This document shows, piece by piece, positions 35,443-48,299 of a stretch of 64,000 nucleotides of DNA. How positions within the stretch are numbered: the stretch's first letter is position 1; each line of letters starts with the position of its first letter. The notes below the pieces were generated by a model. That model was not told the DNA's origin and ran no database searches. It saw nothing but the letters and a program-made list of their open reading frames with translations. The DNA is from Malacoraja senta (lineage: Eukaryota). A program made the position numbers and the translations under genes. The stretch covers positions 7,566,001 to 7,630,000 of the forward strand of contig CM075993.1 in the NCBI GenBank assembly GCA_038087875.1, written 5' to 3'.

Positions 35443-37201
35443 CTAACCGGACAGAAACAGTTAAGCATCTTCGTTGTTTTAATCCAATAGCAACCGAGAG
35501 GCAACATTTAAAACAGCATGTGTAATGCTAACAATGTAGGAAATTATTAAGCATGACTTAGAATGGAGAAACAAGGAACTGCAGATGCTGTTTACCATGG
35601 AAAGACAGTTATCTTTCACCTTTGGAAACAGGTAGTATTTACTCCCTAAAACTCACTCATAACTATGAACCATTTGTTCCTCTCCTTAACTTTCTCTGCT
35701 TGAGTAATCACAGCGATAGCTTTACCTAAAGCTTCCCCCAGCCCTGCTTCTCCTTAGCAAACCCAGCCAGACAAAACCTCCCCGCTGAGGTTTAGAGATA
35801 CAGCATGGAAACAAGCCCTTCGGCCCTCCAAGTCCATGCTGACCATCAATCACCCAGTTACACTAATTCTGTTATCTTGCTCTCCAAACCACTCTCTACG
35901 CACTAAGTGCAACTTTACAGAGACTAACTACGCGGTCACAAGGAGAACATGTAAACTCCAGACAGCACCCGAGGTCAGGATTAAACCCGAGTCTTTGGTG
36001 CGGTGCGGCAGCAGCTTTGAACATATTCTGAACTCGATTTGTGTATTTATCCAATTCTCTTAACACTTATTCAGCCATCATGTCAGAGGCTGCATTTTTA
36101 GTTAAAGATTTGCTGCATTAAAATAAATGTAATGCCTCCTCTGTTTATTTTAGCCAATTTGCTGCATTAAAATAAATGTAATGCCTCCTGTTTATTTTAG
36201 CCAATTGACAAACACGAGTCACTTGGTCACCTAAGAAAGACACAAAGTGCTGGAGTAACTCAGCAGGTCAGGCAGCATCTCTGGAGAACATGGCTAGGTG
36301 ACTTACACAAAATACTGGAGTAACTCAACAGGTCAGTAGGCATCTCTGGAGAACATGGATAGGTGAATACTGGAGTAACTCAAATGAGTCAGGCAGCCTC
36401 TATGACCAGCCGGCATCAGATGCTCTCTGTCTCGCTGATTTACTCGAGTGTTTTATGTCTATCTTCGGTGTAAACCAGCATCTGCAGTTCCTTCCGACAC
36501 ATGGATTGGCGACTTTTCGGGTCAGGACCCTTCTTCAGACCCAAAACATCACTGTATCCATGTTCTCCAGAGATGCTGCCTGACCTGATGAGTTACTCCA
36601 GCACTTTGTGTCTTTCTTTAGTAAAAAATAAACAGTATATGCAGTTCCTTGTTACCACATTTCACCTGGGCACCTGTCACTTTTGCTCTCCCCAAAACTC
36701 ACTCACAATTCTGAACCGTTTGTCCCCGTAACTCTGGGCAATCAGAGCAACCCCTTTCGCTTGAAGCTTCCCCTTGCCCTGCCTCAGTGCTGCCAGCCCA
36801 GCCTCAGCCCACCTCAGCCCGGCCCAGCCTCCCCTTCCAAGCCGGCGCCTCAACAGCCCAAGCTCGGCCACCAGCGCAACCCAGGCCGCCAAAGCCCGAG
36901 GCCTCCAGGCCCGCAAGCTACACATCCTCCCCTCATCCCTCCAAGAAGCGGCCGGTTGCACGGAGCTGGGGAGCTGGGGAGCGGGGAGTCACCGCCCGAG
37001 CTCCGAGGCCCGGCTCCCGGGGTCGACGGACACTCCGTGACCCATCCCCTCTATCTCCAACCGCCTTTGCCCGCAATAATGGCGGGTTCGGCTGGCCGGA
37101 TGGGTGATGAGTCTGTCTGAGCGGGTGAGGGCGGCCGTGCTGCCCGCTATAAGGGCGGATGGCGCCGGATTGTCCCCCAACGTCTCTCCCGTCCGACCCA
37201 C

Positions 37202-37204
37202 CAT
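37202..37204 (-). CDS. rps17: 40S ribosomal protein S17, exon 1 coding part (ATG only)
   Basis: ccaagATG is immediately followed by a gtgggt donor, phase 0 into exon 2. An ATG-only first coding exon is typical of this gene. Confidence 0.88.
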
Positions 37205-37229
37205 CTTGGTTCCAGCGGCTGGAAGAGAG
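37205..37229 (-). promoter_or_regulatory. rps17 5' UTR with 5' TOP / TCT initiator
   Basis: The minus strand reads CTCTCTTCCAGCCGCTGGAACCAAG ahead of the ATG: a pyrimidine tract start, with a YY1-like CAAGATGG over the start codon. Confidence 0.75.
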
Positions 37230-37516
37230 CGAGGGATGCTGGGAGCAGCTCGATGAGGACCCCAAGCGGCAGGCTGGCCGCAGCGCTGCCTGATCCACCA
37301 CCACCACCACAACAAGTGTCGAAAATAAAACAAGTGTCAAGAGCCAAGTCAGGAGCAAAAATACTAACTCCTCTAGTATCTTTGGTCAGGAGTGTGATAT
37401 TGTGTAGGAAGGAACTGCAGATGCTGGTTTACACCAAAGGTAGACACAGAATGCTGGAGTAACTCAGGCAGCATCTCTGGAGAAAAGGAATAGGTGACTT
37501 TCGGGTTGAAACCCTT

Positions 37517-37662
37517 CTTCAGACCAAAGATACTAGAGGATATAATCTTCAGACCAAAGATACTAGAGGATATAATCTTCAGACCAAAGATACTAGAGGA
37601 TATAATCTTCAGACCAAAGATACTAGAGGATATAGCTCCGCTATATAATCTTTGCTTCAGAC
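37517..37662. repeat. 30-bp tandem repeat (about 4 copies) ending in a 40-bp mini inverted-repeat element
   Basis: Unit cttcagaccaaagatactagaggatataat; terminal caaagat...atctttg flanked by the 8-bp repeat cttcagac. Confidence 0.9.
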
Positions 37663-37719
37663 TGAGAGTCAGTGGAGAGGGAAACTAGAGATATGAAAAG
37701 CACTCATCTCGTCGTTCTT

Positions 37720-37910
37720 GATCACCTCCCTCCATTTCTTCATCTCGCCATCTCCATCACAGGAGATAGACTATCGACTGACGTCTATTACAAACCCACT
37801 GACTCCCACAACTATCTAGACTTCACTTCTTACCACCCTGCTTCCTGCAAAGACTCTGTCCACTGCTCTCAATCCCTCTGTCTACGCCGCATCTGCGCCC
37901 ACGATGAGAT
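37720..37910 (+). mobile_element. Penelope-like RT fragment
   Basis: ISITGDRLSTDVYYKPTDSHNYLDFTSYHPASCKDS, the PLE RT C-terminal motif; homologous to the 60600-60980 region. Confidence 0.75.
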
Positions 37911-38404
37911 GAGATGTGAACTCCACCATTCCATGGCCATCAGTGTCGGCTCTGATTTGTTCTAAACCTTTTCATACGTCTATTTACCCTCCCCCCTGAC
38001 TTTCAGTTTGAAGAAGGGTCTCGACCTGAAACGTCACCCATTCCTTCGCTCCATAGATGCTGCTTCACCCGCTGAGTTTCTCCAGCATTTTTGTCCACCT
38101 TCGATTTTTCCAGCATCTGCAGTTCTTTCTTAAACACTCAGTCTGAAGAAGTGTTTCGACCCAAAACATCACCCATTCCTTCTCTCCAGAGATGTGGCCT
38201 GTCCCGCTGAGTTACTCCAGCATTTTGTGTCCATCTTCAGTATAAACCAGTGTCTGCAGTTCCTTCCTACACAAGAGTCCAGAGTGTTTTAATTTCATGT
38301 CTCTCGAAATGGAACAATGAAATCCTTACTTGCATCAGCACACAGGTATCTAAGCAGGTATAAAAACAAACAATAGTGTAAGGACAAAAACTATGTTCCC
38401 AAGT

Positions 38405-38770
38405 CTATGTAGTTCTGAGCTTAGAGGTTGTTGTGTTTAATTGCCTGATGGTTGTTGGGAAGAAGCTGCTCCTAAACCTGGATGATACAGTTTTCAGGTT
38501 CCGATACCTTCTTCCTGATGACATGAGTAAAATGAGTGTGTGGCAAGGGTGGTGTGGGTCTCTGGTGATGCTGGCTGCCTTTCTTTGAGGCAACGTCTCC
38601 TGTAGATCCCTTCAATGGTGGGGAGATCAGTACCCGTGATGGACTGGGCAGTGTTCACCACTTTTTGCAATTCCTGACCGTTTGAGTTGCTGAACCAGGC
38701 CGTGATGCAACCAATCAATATGATCTCCACTGTACACCTGTAGAAGTTCAAGAGAGTGTTTGTCGACAAA
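38405..38770 (-). mobile_element. Rex1/Babar-like LINE C-terminal fragment
   Basis: LLNFYRCTVEIILIGCITAWF and DPHHPCH.L..LMSSGRRYR...RFRSSFFP. Confidence 0.7.
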
Positions 38771-40860
38771 CTGAAGATGCTAGAAATCCCTTCAGTCATC
38801 AAAACCCACGAATACCTCTCTTTTTCCCAGTTCTGATGAAGGGTCACAGACCAGAAGTGTTATCGTTGCTTCTCTCTCCACAGACACTACCTGACCTGCT
38901 GAGTTTAGTTTATTTTATTTTAGGGATACAGCATGGAACCAGGGCCTTTGGCCCACCGAGTCCACATCGGCTATCAATCGAAGACAAAATGTGCTGGAGT
39001 AACTCAGCAGGTCAGGCTGCATGTCTGGAGAACATGGATGGGTGACGTTTCGGCTCAGGACACCTCTTCAGACAGATTGGGGGCACGGGAGGGGAGGGGG
39101 TGAAAGCTAGTAGAGAGGAAAAGCAGGTTGAATCGCGGCAGGTAATAAGTGATCATTATACCCTCTCCTTACACACTAGGGGCAATTTACCGAGGCTAAT
39201 TCTACTCACAAGTGTTTCTACTCACAAGCGTTTCTTGAGGTCCTCTGAGGGAGCGCTGTATGTATGTATTTATGTATGTATTGTTAGATCTATGTAGTAC
39301 TGTATGTAGCACGTTAGTACCTGCACTGATGTAAAGCACTGTAAATGGTCAACGAAAGTTGTTTTTAAATGTGCTATAGAAATAAAATTGACTTGACTTG
39401 ACTAATTAACTGACAAAGTCACACGTCTTTGGAATGTGGGAGGAAACCGGAGCACCCGGAGGAAACCCACGTGGTGACAGGGAGAACATGCAAACTCCAC
39501 AAACTTGAGGTCAGATTCAACCCAGGTCTCTGGCGTTGTGAGGCAGCAGCTCTACCAGCTGCGTCACTCTGTTCTTTTCATAACAAATGCATTGTGAACC
39601 TCTCTTCTCCCTCTCCCGAAGGGCTGAAGACACAAAAGCTTGAATGCGCACACCACCAGATTCAGAAACAGCTTCTTCCCTGCTGTTATCAGACCACTGA
39701 ACAGACCTCTCATAAACTGAAGGTGTTGTCCCAATCTCCCAGACTACCTCCTTACAGCCCATGCACTTTTTTGTCACCTGAACTTTCTCTCTGCATATAT
39801 TCATGTAAATAATGATTTGAATGCTATCCATATCATCGTTCAGTAACCTAATTAGTTACTGAATATAGAGCAGTAACATTATATTCTTCTGTTAGGAATG
39901 CAGAATATACCCTTTTTATTATTTCTCTCTTTGCACTACCTATATGGTTTGATTGTACTAGTGTGTGGCATGATTTGCCTGGAGAGCATGCAAACCAAAC
40001 TGTATCTTGATTTGCATTGCAATAATAAATCAAACCAATGGTAATACCAATCAAAAATATTCCAAGGGCGCTTCACAGGAATGTTGTAAAAATAAATTAA
40101 CATTAAACCACATTAGGTCCAATGTACGAGGACATTAATTTTAAGGAGCGTTTCAGATTGAGAGGTTTAAGGAAGGAATTACAAACTTTAGGCCTCTCAT
40201 AATGGAGCATGTAAATTTGGAGAGGACTCATGGGGCTATGATTAGAGGAGCGCATAAATCCCCACGTTTAATGGTTAGATTTTTAGATTAGGTGACAAGG
40301 AAATGTCAGGAAATGGAACTGAAGCATAGATCAACCCAGCAGTATGAATATCAACTCAAACTTCAAGAGACTCTTGCTTTCCCTCTCTCTCCATCCCTAC
40401 CCCATCCTAGTTTTCCAACCAGTCTGACTGTCCCCTTGATTAAATTTTATCTTTGAATGCTTCGTTGTCAGCTTCCTCCAGCTAACAATGATCTATTCTA
40501 CATTATCCTTGAGCTTCGTCCACTTTGATGTCTCGTTTTCACACCTTACCCTTCTCTATCTCTGTCTCCCTCTGACTCTCAGTCTGAAGAAGGGTCTCAA
40601 CCCGAAACGTCATCCATTCCAATCCAGAGATACTGCCTGCATCCATGCTCCTATTTATTGTGTGTGAAGTGATTGAAAGGAGGGTGAGGCGAGGATGGGA
40701 TTTGGGAATATTACATCCGGATGTTACTTAATTGTGATCCAGTACAGCTCGAATTATTGCGAGGGCCATTGAACTAATTAGTTAACCCTACTTCTCCCTC
40801 CACAGATGCTGCCTGAATTGTTGAGTATTTACAATTAGCTGAACCTCAGGCTCTTACTAA

Positions 40861-41175
40861 AAGGCCTGTCCCACTGTACGAGGTAATTCAAGAGCTCTCC
40901 AGAGTAAAAAAAAAACAAACTCGTGGTAAGCACGTAGAATGTACGTAGCGGGTACGTCGGAGCTCGGGACGTCTTTTAGCGGCTCCTAACGCTAATGGCA
41001 GGTACTCGGGAAACGCGGTACGCTTGTGAAGACTCGTGAAGATTTTTCAACATGTTGAAAAATGTCCACGAGAGCCCCGAGTACCTACGAGCGGCTATTA
41101 CCGTAATTCTCCAAGTTCGAATCAGGGGAAACTCGGGAGAACTCTTGAATTAACTCGTACAGTGGGACCGCCCCT
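40861..41175. mobile_element. PIF/Harbinger-like MITE
   Basis: Reverse-orientation homologue of 16300-16616; TAA flanks. Confidence 0.8.
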
Positions 41176-42059
41176 TAACGATCTTTTGACGTTAAACTTG
41201 GGCTACAAGTAATTAGTATTTCCTATTTAATGTAAGAATGTATTTTACCACCTCAGTAATATTTTGAAGGAAGATGTACGGTTTATTTTGAAAACGCCAA
41301 ATTTAGTGAAAGAAAAAATGAAAATACACCTCCAATCACATTTGCAGGAAAGGTGCACCAATAATCTTATAGCAAACGTACTGGGTCTCCAGAGCTAGGG
41401 CTGTAGACAGGGTTCTAAACTAAATAGTGAGGGGTGAGGGGTCAACAAATTGGAAATGTATGAATGAAGTTTAAGGTAAGGAGAGTACTGGATAAGTTAC
41501 TGAAGTATTAAAAGTGGCTGGGAAAGAAAATATGGCTGATAATCTACTAACTTAATGAAACATGAAGAAAGTTGGAGAGGATGCATTAACAGAATGTTGC
41601 CTGGATTAGAGGGTTTCAAGATTAGAAGCCATAAGGTGAGGTTGGATAGACTTGGATTGTTTTCTCTACAACATCGGAGGTTGAGGGGTGACCTGCTAGA
41701 CGTTTCTACAGTAAATGTGTGATAGGCATAGATAGGGTAGACAGTCAGAACCTTTTTCCCTGGGTGGAAATGTCCAACGTTAGAGGGCATAGCTTTATGG
41801 TGAGAGGGGGAAAGTTTAATGGAGATGTGCGGGGCCACGTTTGTTTTGATACGGTGCGGTGGGAGCCAGGAACGCATTGGTGGAGGAGACAGATATGATG
41901 GTGGCGTTTTAGAGGCTTTTAGTTTGGCACATGGATATGCAGGGAATAGAGGGGTATGAATCATGTACAGGCAGATGAGATCAGTTTAACTTGGCATCAT
42001 GTTCAGCGCAAGCATTGTGGGCCGAAGGGCCCATTACAGTGCTGTTCTATGTTAATCTT

Positions 42060-42783
42060 TCTTTCTTTCTTTTAAAATCTTTTTATTACTTTAAAAAAAA
42101 AGAAGCTAAACATAACAGTGATATTGATACATAGGGATCAGGATTACATTAACAACAAATGTAACCTAAATATAAATCCAGTGTCAAAATACACATTGGG
42201 TATAGACCTCCCGGTCTCTACGTAAATATAGATAAACGGTTAAAAGAGAACTTGTATATATTTAAAAAAGAGAAAAAGAAAAAAAAGAGAAAAACAAAAC
42301 CCCCCAAAATTAAAATAAGCAAAACAAAACAAAATCTGGGCTGCAAAAAATTTCAACAGTTTAGACCCCTGTTTGTCGTCAAATCCGTTCCACCGTATAA
42401 AGGTCAAAAATTATTATTATAACAGTTGGAGAGGGAACAATTTATATCGTGTGAAAATATTGAACAAAGCTTCCCCAAGTCCTATCAAATTTTAACCGAG
42501 GGTTCAACAATGTCACTCCTAATTTTTTCTAAATTTAAACATGATATCGTTTCAGAATACCAATGGAGTGTGGTAGGAGGATTAGAGTCTTTCCATTTAA
42601 ATAAAATTGATCTTCTGGCAATTAATGTATTAAAAGCAATCAACCGATGGGCTTAATGGGACAGATGAATAGAATCTAACATTGGTAGCCCAAAATTTGG
42701 AGTAAAAGGATGAGGTTGTATATCAAAAATGTATTTCCAATATTTTTCCAAAAGTGGGCAAGACCAAAACATATGAGTCAGCG
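42060..42783 (-). mobile_element. L1-clade LINE 3' fragment with TSD
   Basis: The minus strand encodes THMFWSCPLLEKYW and LIARRSILFKWKDSNPPT..HW...LNLEKI, then AATAAA and an A-rich (gaaa)n tail. 12-bp TSD tatgttaatctt at 42048-42059 / 42784-42795. Confidence 0.85.
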
Positions 42784-43127
42784 TATGTTAATCTTAACAG
42801 GGTAATATACCAACCAGCATCAGGATTGAGTAATAACTCCCCAAAAGCTACGTTAAATCCAACAACAAAGGATTAAGTTGGTTTATCTGTTTTATTAAGG
42901 GATTCCGGTGCTGAAAAAAGGCTGTGAGTAACAAATATTGTTAGTAAATCTTACAGCAATTATGCAGTACAATGGTGAGTCTGCAAAATGGTATATCATG
43001 TACAGATTTGGATTTACCGAAGAAAGGGTGTATTTGACAGCCAAAGAGATGATGCAGCAAAGATTCATTAAACAATGTCTGGAGAGAACATACACAAAGT
43101 ACTGCAGTCAGACAGCCTGACCCGCTG

Positions 43128-43348
43128 TGTAGGAAGGAACTGCAGATGCTAGTTTAAATCGAAGATAGACGCAAAATGCTGGAGTAACTCAGCGGGACAG
43201 GCAGCATCTCTGGAGATAAGGAATGGGTGACGTTTCGGGTCGAGACCCTTTTTCAGACTGTCTGAAGGGTCTCGACCCGAAACGTCAACCATTCTTTCTC
43301 TCCAGAGATGCTGCCTGTCCCGCTGAGTTACTCCAGCATTTTGTGTCT
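43128..43348. mobile_element. Foldback Penelope-derived insertion nested in an older copy
   Basis: Inverted arms with a 14-bp TSD agcctgacccgctg (43114-43127 / 43349-43362). Confidence 0.8.
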
Positions 43349-43402
43349 AGCCTGACCCGCTGGGTTACTCCAGCAACATGTGTTTTTTTTTGTAAACCAG
43401 TA

Positions 43403-43796
43403 CAGGTCCACCACCGATTTTCCGGCAACTGGTGTTCCGGCACCTCCTTTAATCCAGACAAAATGATGAGAGTGCATTTAAAAATCCCCTCCTGGAAGAC
43501 CCCCTGAAAATGTGACGTCAAGGCCGGGTGAGGCGGCCGATCACGACTTCATCGGGACTTCCGCGGCGGATCAGTGGATCGAATAAGCCCCCTTCAGCCG
43601 GGGAATGGAACTCTGGCAGTACCGTTCCCATAGCTGACTTCCGCGATCAACTATATCGGTGTCTCGGCCCCTCTGTGGCTTAGGCAGACCGCTCCGGTAC
43701 TGTTGGACTCCCCTCGGAGACCATGACGTCAGTTGGTCCGGCAAAACGGATAATCTAGAAAGGCTCTGGAACCAAGGAAAATCGGTGGTAGGCCTG
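43403..43796. mobile_element. Tc1/mariner-pogo-like MITE
   Basis: TA|CAGGTCCACCACCGATTTTCC ... GGAAAATCGGTGGTAGGCCTG|TA; splits an older Penelope-derived repeat. Confidence 0.78.
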
Positions 43797-44263
43797 TATC
43801 TGCAGTTCCTTGTATCTCCAAAGAGAGCAGGTTTATCATGAGAGGGGAGATCAAGTGGACTATGAAGTAAGGTTAAAACAAGGTGTATGACAAAGCCAAC
43901 CCCCTCACAGGGAGATCCATCCACCCTTGATCAGACTGATGATTGGTATTGTGCTGTGCTGCTGGTGCAGAGTGCCCCTTCCACACAATGTAGGATGGAT
44001 TGCAGCGAGGGGCAGGTGAATATATCTGAAGGACATAAGAAAGAAAATGCCTCAACTTTGAGAGGCGTTGTTGGGATCAGGGTGGGCAGGAAGCTGAGGT
44101 GAGGTGGAGTAGGACCTGAAGTTGCTTTTATACTGATCCAGGTGAATGCATTCGAAGGACATAGGTAAGAAAATGCTTTGAGATATTCAAGAGGTTGTCG
44201 GGATAGGGTTGGAGGAAAAGCCGACATGAGATGGAGCAGGGCCTGACGTTGCTTTTATACTGA

Positions 44264-44371
44264 TCACCCTGTTGTCAACATCTCTTGGATGCCGCCATCT
44301 TCTCCGCACCGAGCAGTCTCACCATTCTTGGCGACTCCAATTCCTCCAAAGTGCACTTTCTTCCTAGTTTT
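44264..44371 (-). CDS. CFAP97 domain-containing protein (CFAP97D2-like), exon 5 (terminal)
   Basis: ttcttttctaatctctgcag acceptor. Reads KTRKKVHFGGIGVAKNGETARCGEDGGIQEMLTTG*; phase 0. Confidence 0.75.
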   Translation of the reverse strand, partial: KTRKKVHFGGIGVAKNGETARCGEDGGIQEMLTTG

Positions 44372-44694
44372 CTGCAGAGATTAGAAAAGAATTATTCTTA
44401 TGCCAAGTAGTCACCATTTGCTGATGGAATAATTTGATTGTGTTTCAAGTGCTTTTTTATTTGAGACTGTACACTTTGTACGATGTAATGGCACCCCTAA
44501 AAAGTTAAAAACTAGATTCTCACATTTTTAGAATTTTTGTTATTACAATAAGTTTACTAAGGTTAAAACAATTAAAAATATTAATTAAATAAGGTGGTCA
44601 GGCACTTATAGAGCTCAAGCAACTTATAGGAAGACAATAATAAGTGATAGGAGTAGAATTAGGCCATTTGGCCCCTTAAGTCTACGCCGCCATT

Positions 44695-45170
44695 CATGAG
44701 GTTAATTCCCAGGATGGCGGGACTGTCATATGTTGATAGAATGGAGCGGCTGGGCTTGTATACTCTGGAATTTAGGATGAGAGGGAATCTTATTGAAACA
44801 TATAAGATTATTAAGGGATTGGTCACGCGAGAGGCAGAAAACATATTCCCGATGTTGCGGGAGTCCAGAACCAGGGGCCACAGTTTAAGAATAAGGGGTA
44901 GGCCATTTAGAACGGAGATGAGGAAAAACGTTTTCACCCAGAGAGTTGTGAATCTGTGGAATTCTCTGCCTCAGAAGGCAATGGAGGTCGATTCTCTGGA
45001 TGCTTTCAAGAGAAAGTTAGATAGAGTTCCTAAAGATAGCAGAATCAGGGGATATGGGGAGAACGCAGGAACGGGGTACTGATTGTGGATGATCAGCCAT
45101 GATCACATTGAATGGCGGTGCTGGCTCAAAGGGCCGAATATCCTACTCCTGCACCTATTGTCTATAGTCT
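44695..45170 (+). mobile_element. CR1 LINE 3' fragment
   Basis: ORF 44696-45082 is CR1 ORF2 C-terminus; 3' tail present. Confidence 0.88.
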
Positions 45171-45369
45171 ATCATGGCTGATCTATCTTTCCTTTCTAAC
45201 CCCATTCTCTGGCTTTTTCCCCATAACCTCTGACTCCAGTACTACTCATCTGCCATAGACTCTACCACCCTTTCGCCTGACACTTGCACTCAGTCCGCCA
45301 AGGCCCGCTGCATCCCCCGGTTGCTAACTGTAGCGTATCTAATGGTAACTGTACCTTTAAGAACTGAGT

Positions 45370-45501
45370 GTGTGGGAATGAACTGCAGATGCTGGTTTAA
45401 ATCGAAGGTAGACACAAAATGTTGGAGTAACTCAGCGGGACAGGCAGCATCTCTGGAGAGAAGGAATGGGTGACGTTCCTGGTCGAGACCCTTCTTCAGA
45501 G
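45370..45501 (-). mobile_element. Penelope-derived short insertion truncated at the hammerhead core
   Basis: 13-bp TSD ttaagaactgagt (45357-45369 / 45502-45514); the element ends at cttcttcaga. Confidence 0.8.
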
Positions 45502-47139
45502 TTAAGAACTGAGTACCAGGTGGTGCGATTTGATTCACGTGATACATTCATCTTATCAGTCTCGTGAATATGTGTGTGAGTATGCGCAGGGTACTTATGT
45601 AAAATAAAGAAGACCCACACTGCCAACTGCTTGACTGAAACCCGTGTTTATTTCTGTCCACATGCCACTACCATAATATCATACACTAACCATTTTAACT
45701 CCCCTTCCCAATACCACACTGACATTTCTGTCCTGGGCCTCCTCCATTGCCAGAGTGCAGCCACACTCAAACTGGAGGAACAGCATCTCATATAATCCAC
45801 TTGGGTAGCTTACAACCTGTTCATTGTATGAACATTGAATTCTCCAATTTTAGCTAACTATCCTACATTCTCCACACTTTCCTTCACCCATCTAATTTTC
45901 TTCCTTTTCCCTCTCTCCCCCGTGCCCTACCTGGGTGGGCATCCATTTTTCCTCTTCCACCTATTTTCTTTCTTCTGGCTTCACAATTTTCACCTTATTT
46001 CACAATTCTATCCTTATCTCACACATACCGCCTTTTCATTGTACAGGTACAATGAAAATACTTGCCCATAGCAGCCTTACGTAACATAGAGGTTGTCAAA
46101 AGGTTGCGTGGAGAAGGCAGGAGAAATGGGGTTGAGAGGGAAGGATAGATCAGCCATGATTGAATGGCGGAGTGGACTCGATGGGCTGAATGGCCTAATT
46201 TTGCTCCTGTGACATGAACTTAGACGCAGACAGGGCAGGTTCAGAAAGGACAGACACTTCCTGCCTGTGGCACTAGCGTCTTGTAACTCTGTACAAGGTA
46301 CAATAGTCCAACTCCATGAGCCTCCACCCACCACACTTCATCCAGCCCATAAACATAGGCTACTGTTGCATTTAAAGATACAGAGCGGAAACAGGCCCGG
46401 CCCATGCCAACCAGTGATCCCCGCACGCTAACATTATCTTACACACACTAGGGACAATTTACAATTTTACCAAGCCAATTAGAGTACAAATCTGTATGTC
46501 TTTGGAGGAAACCGGACCACCCGGAGAAAATCCATGCAGGTCACAGGGAGAACATACAAACTCTATAGACAGCACCTGTAGTCAGGATCGAACCTGTGTG
46601 TCTGGTGCTGTAAGGCAGCAACTCTACCGCTGCACCACCGTGCTGCCACTGTGTTTACTGGACTTTCCCTTAGAGTTATAAACTCCATTATATTAAACCC
46701 TGCCTTGAGATTCACCACTCTACCCCAATCTGTGCCTACTTCCAAACGCAGAAGTGCTGTGGTAACTCAGCGGGTTAGACAGCATCTGTGGAGGGAATGG
46801 GCAGGCGATGTTTCGGTTCGGGACCCTTCTTCAGTCTGATTGTAGAAGCGGGGAGGCAGCCTGAAAAGAGACCTAGGGGTGGGACAAAGACTGGCAAGTG
46901 ATAGGTGGGTACAGGTGAGGAGGTGGGGGTGGGGGTGAATCGGTAGAAGGGTGGAGTAAGTGATAAAGGCGAGAGGTGAAAAAGAGACAAAAGGGTGTCA
47001 GCCTGAAGAGGGGTCCCGACGTGAAATGCTGTCTCTCCATTCCCTCCATCGAGGGTGCCTGACCCTCTGAGTTCCTCCAGCACTGTGTGTTTTGATCATG
47101 ATTCCAGCACCTGCAGATCCTTGCGTCACGGTGCCTTAC

Positions 47140-47323
47140 CTGTTCAGCCTTCGTCCCCCGCGGGTAACTCGCAATGTCGTTCTGCACCCTCTTTACTCTC
47201 TCCCATTCCTCATTCAGCCTGCTGCTCTTGTACTGCGACTCGCACTGTGTAATGCGGTGAAAGATGGCCTGGTTCTCCTTCGTTATCTGCATGGACTGCC
47301 TGTGACGCTTCTCCACATTAAGG
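47140..47323 (-). CDS. CFAP97 domain-containing protein (CFAP97D2-like), exon 4
   Basis: Long pyrimidine tract with ccag acceptor, gtaag donor, 184 nt. Reads (S)LNVEKRHRQSMQITKENQAIFHRITQCESQYKSSRLNEEWERVKRVQNDIASYPRGTKAEQ, with the family SLN..KR...I..EN..I..RI motif. Confidence 0.92.
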
Positions 47324-47414
47324 CTGGGTGGAAGGAAGCAAGGAAGGTTTGAAAAGGGAAGATGAACTAAACAAGAGGGCAGCGGGGAATAGGACGAACT
47401 ATTACCAATTTAAA

Positions 47415-47712
47415 GTTCAGAGATATAGTGCGGAAACAGGCCCTTCGGCCCACCGAGTCCGCGCCGACCAACCATCCCCTTGCACGAACACTATCCTACA
47501 CACACTGCTGACAATTTACCATTTTACCAAGCCAATCAGCCTATAAATGTGTACGTCTTTGGAGTGTGGGAGGAAACTGGAGCACCCAGAGAAAACCCAC
47601 ATGGTCACAGAGAGAACGTACAAACTCCGTACACACAGCATCCGTAGTCAGGATCGAACCCGGGTGTCTGGCGCTGTAAGGCAGCAACTCTACTGCTGCG
47701 CCACCATGCCGC
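47415..47712 (-). mobile_element. HE1-like SINE in CFAP97D2-like intron 3
   Basis: Full-length reverse copy. Confidence 0.85.
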
Positions 47713-47803
47713 CCCATGTCCCAGCCTGATGGCCTAATCTTACTGACTGCTTTAACGAGAATGCGATCATTAAGCTTCTTATGCATCTGCCCGATATTTA
47801 TAC

Positions 47804-47922
47804 CTTTTACATATGTAGTTGTTCCAATTCTCCACCGTCCCATTGGATCTCATGATGTCAACTAATTTGAAGGAAAGGATCTGATTGTCTCTTGCTATGA
47901 TAGCCAAGCGATCTTCCTGTAA
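47804..47922 (-). CDS. CFAP97 domain-containing protein (CFAP97D2-like), exon 3
   Basis: tgtttgttcag acceptor, gtataa donor, 119 nt. Reads LQEDRLAIIARDNQILSFKLVDIMRSNGTVENWNNYICK(S), with the family E.R...I.RDN..L..K motif. Confidence 0.92.
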
Positions 47923-48299
47923 CTGAACAAACAGTCAGACATCAACTACAGTCTTTAGACTTTAGAGATACAGTGCGGAAACAGGTCCTTCGGCCCACCG
48001 AATCCATACCGACCCCCGTACACTACCACTATTCTACACACTAGGGACAATTTACAATTTTCAGAAGCCTATTAACCGACAAAATTTCATGTCTTTGGAG
48101 TGTGTGGGGAAACTGGAGCAACCGGAAAAAACCCACGTGGTCACAGGGAGAACATACAAACTCCGTACAGACAGCACCCGTAGTCAGGATCGAACCTGTG
48201 TGTCTGGTGCTGTAATGCAGCAACTCTACCGCTGTGCCACTGTGCCGCTGATGCATTTCATTGCAGAGTGGTTGCAGCACAGAGGGTGTTTATAGACCA

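Larger units (their letters stand above)
36780..37300. promoter_or_regulatory. CpG island spanning rps17 promoter, exon 1 and start of intron 1
   Basis: Visibly GC- and CpG-rich unique sequence, with YY1-like ATGGCG motifs near 37078 and 37159. Confidence 0.75.

Noticed and set aside
36677..37358. Multiple overlapping Pro/Gly/Ala-rich ORFs
   Set aside because: By-product of the GC-rich rps17 CpG island.
37517..37636. CRISPR-like regular 30-bp repeats
   Set aside because: No unique spacers, no cas genes and a vertebrate context; it is a plain tandem repeat.
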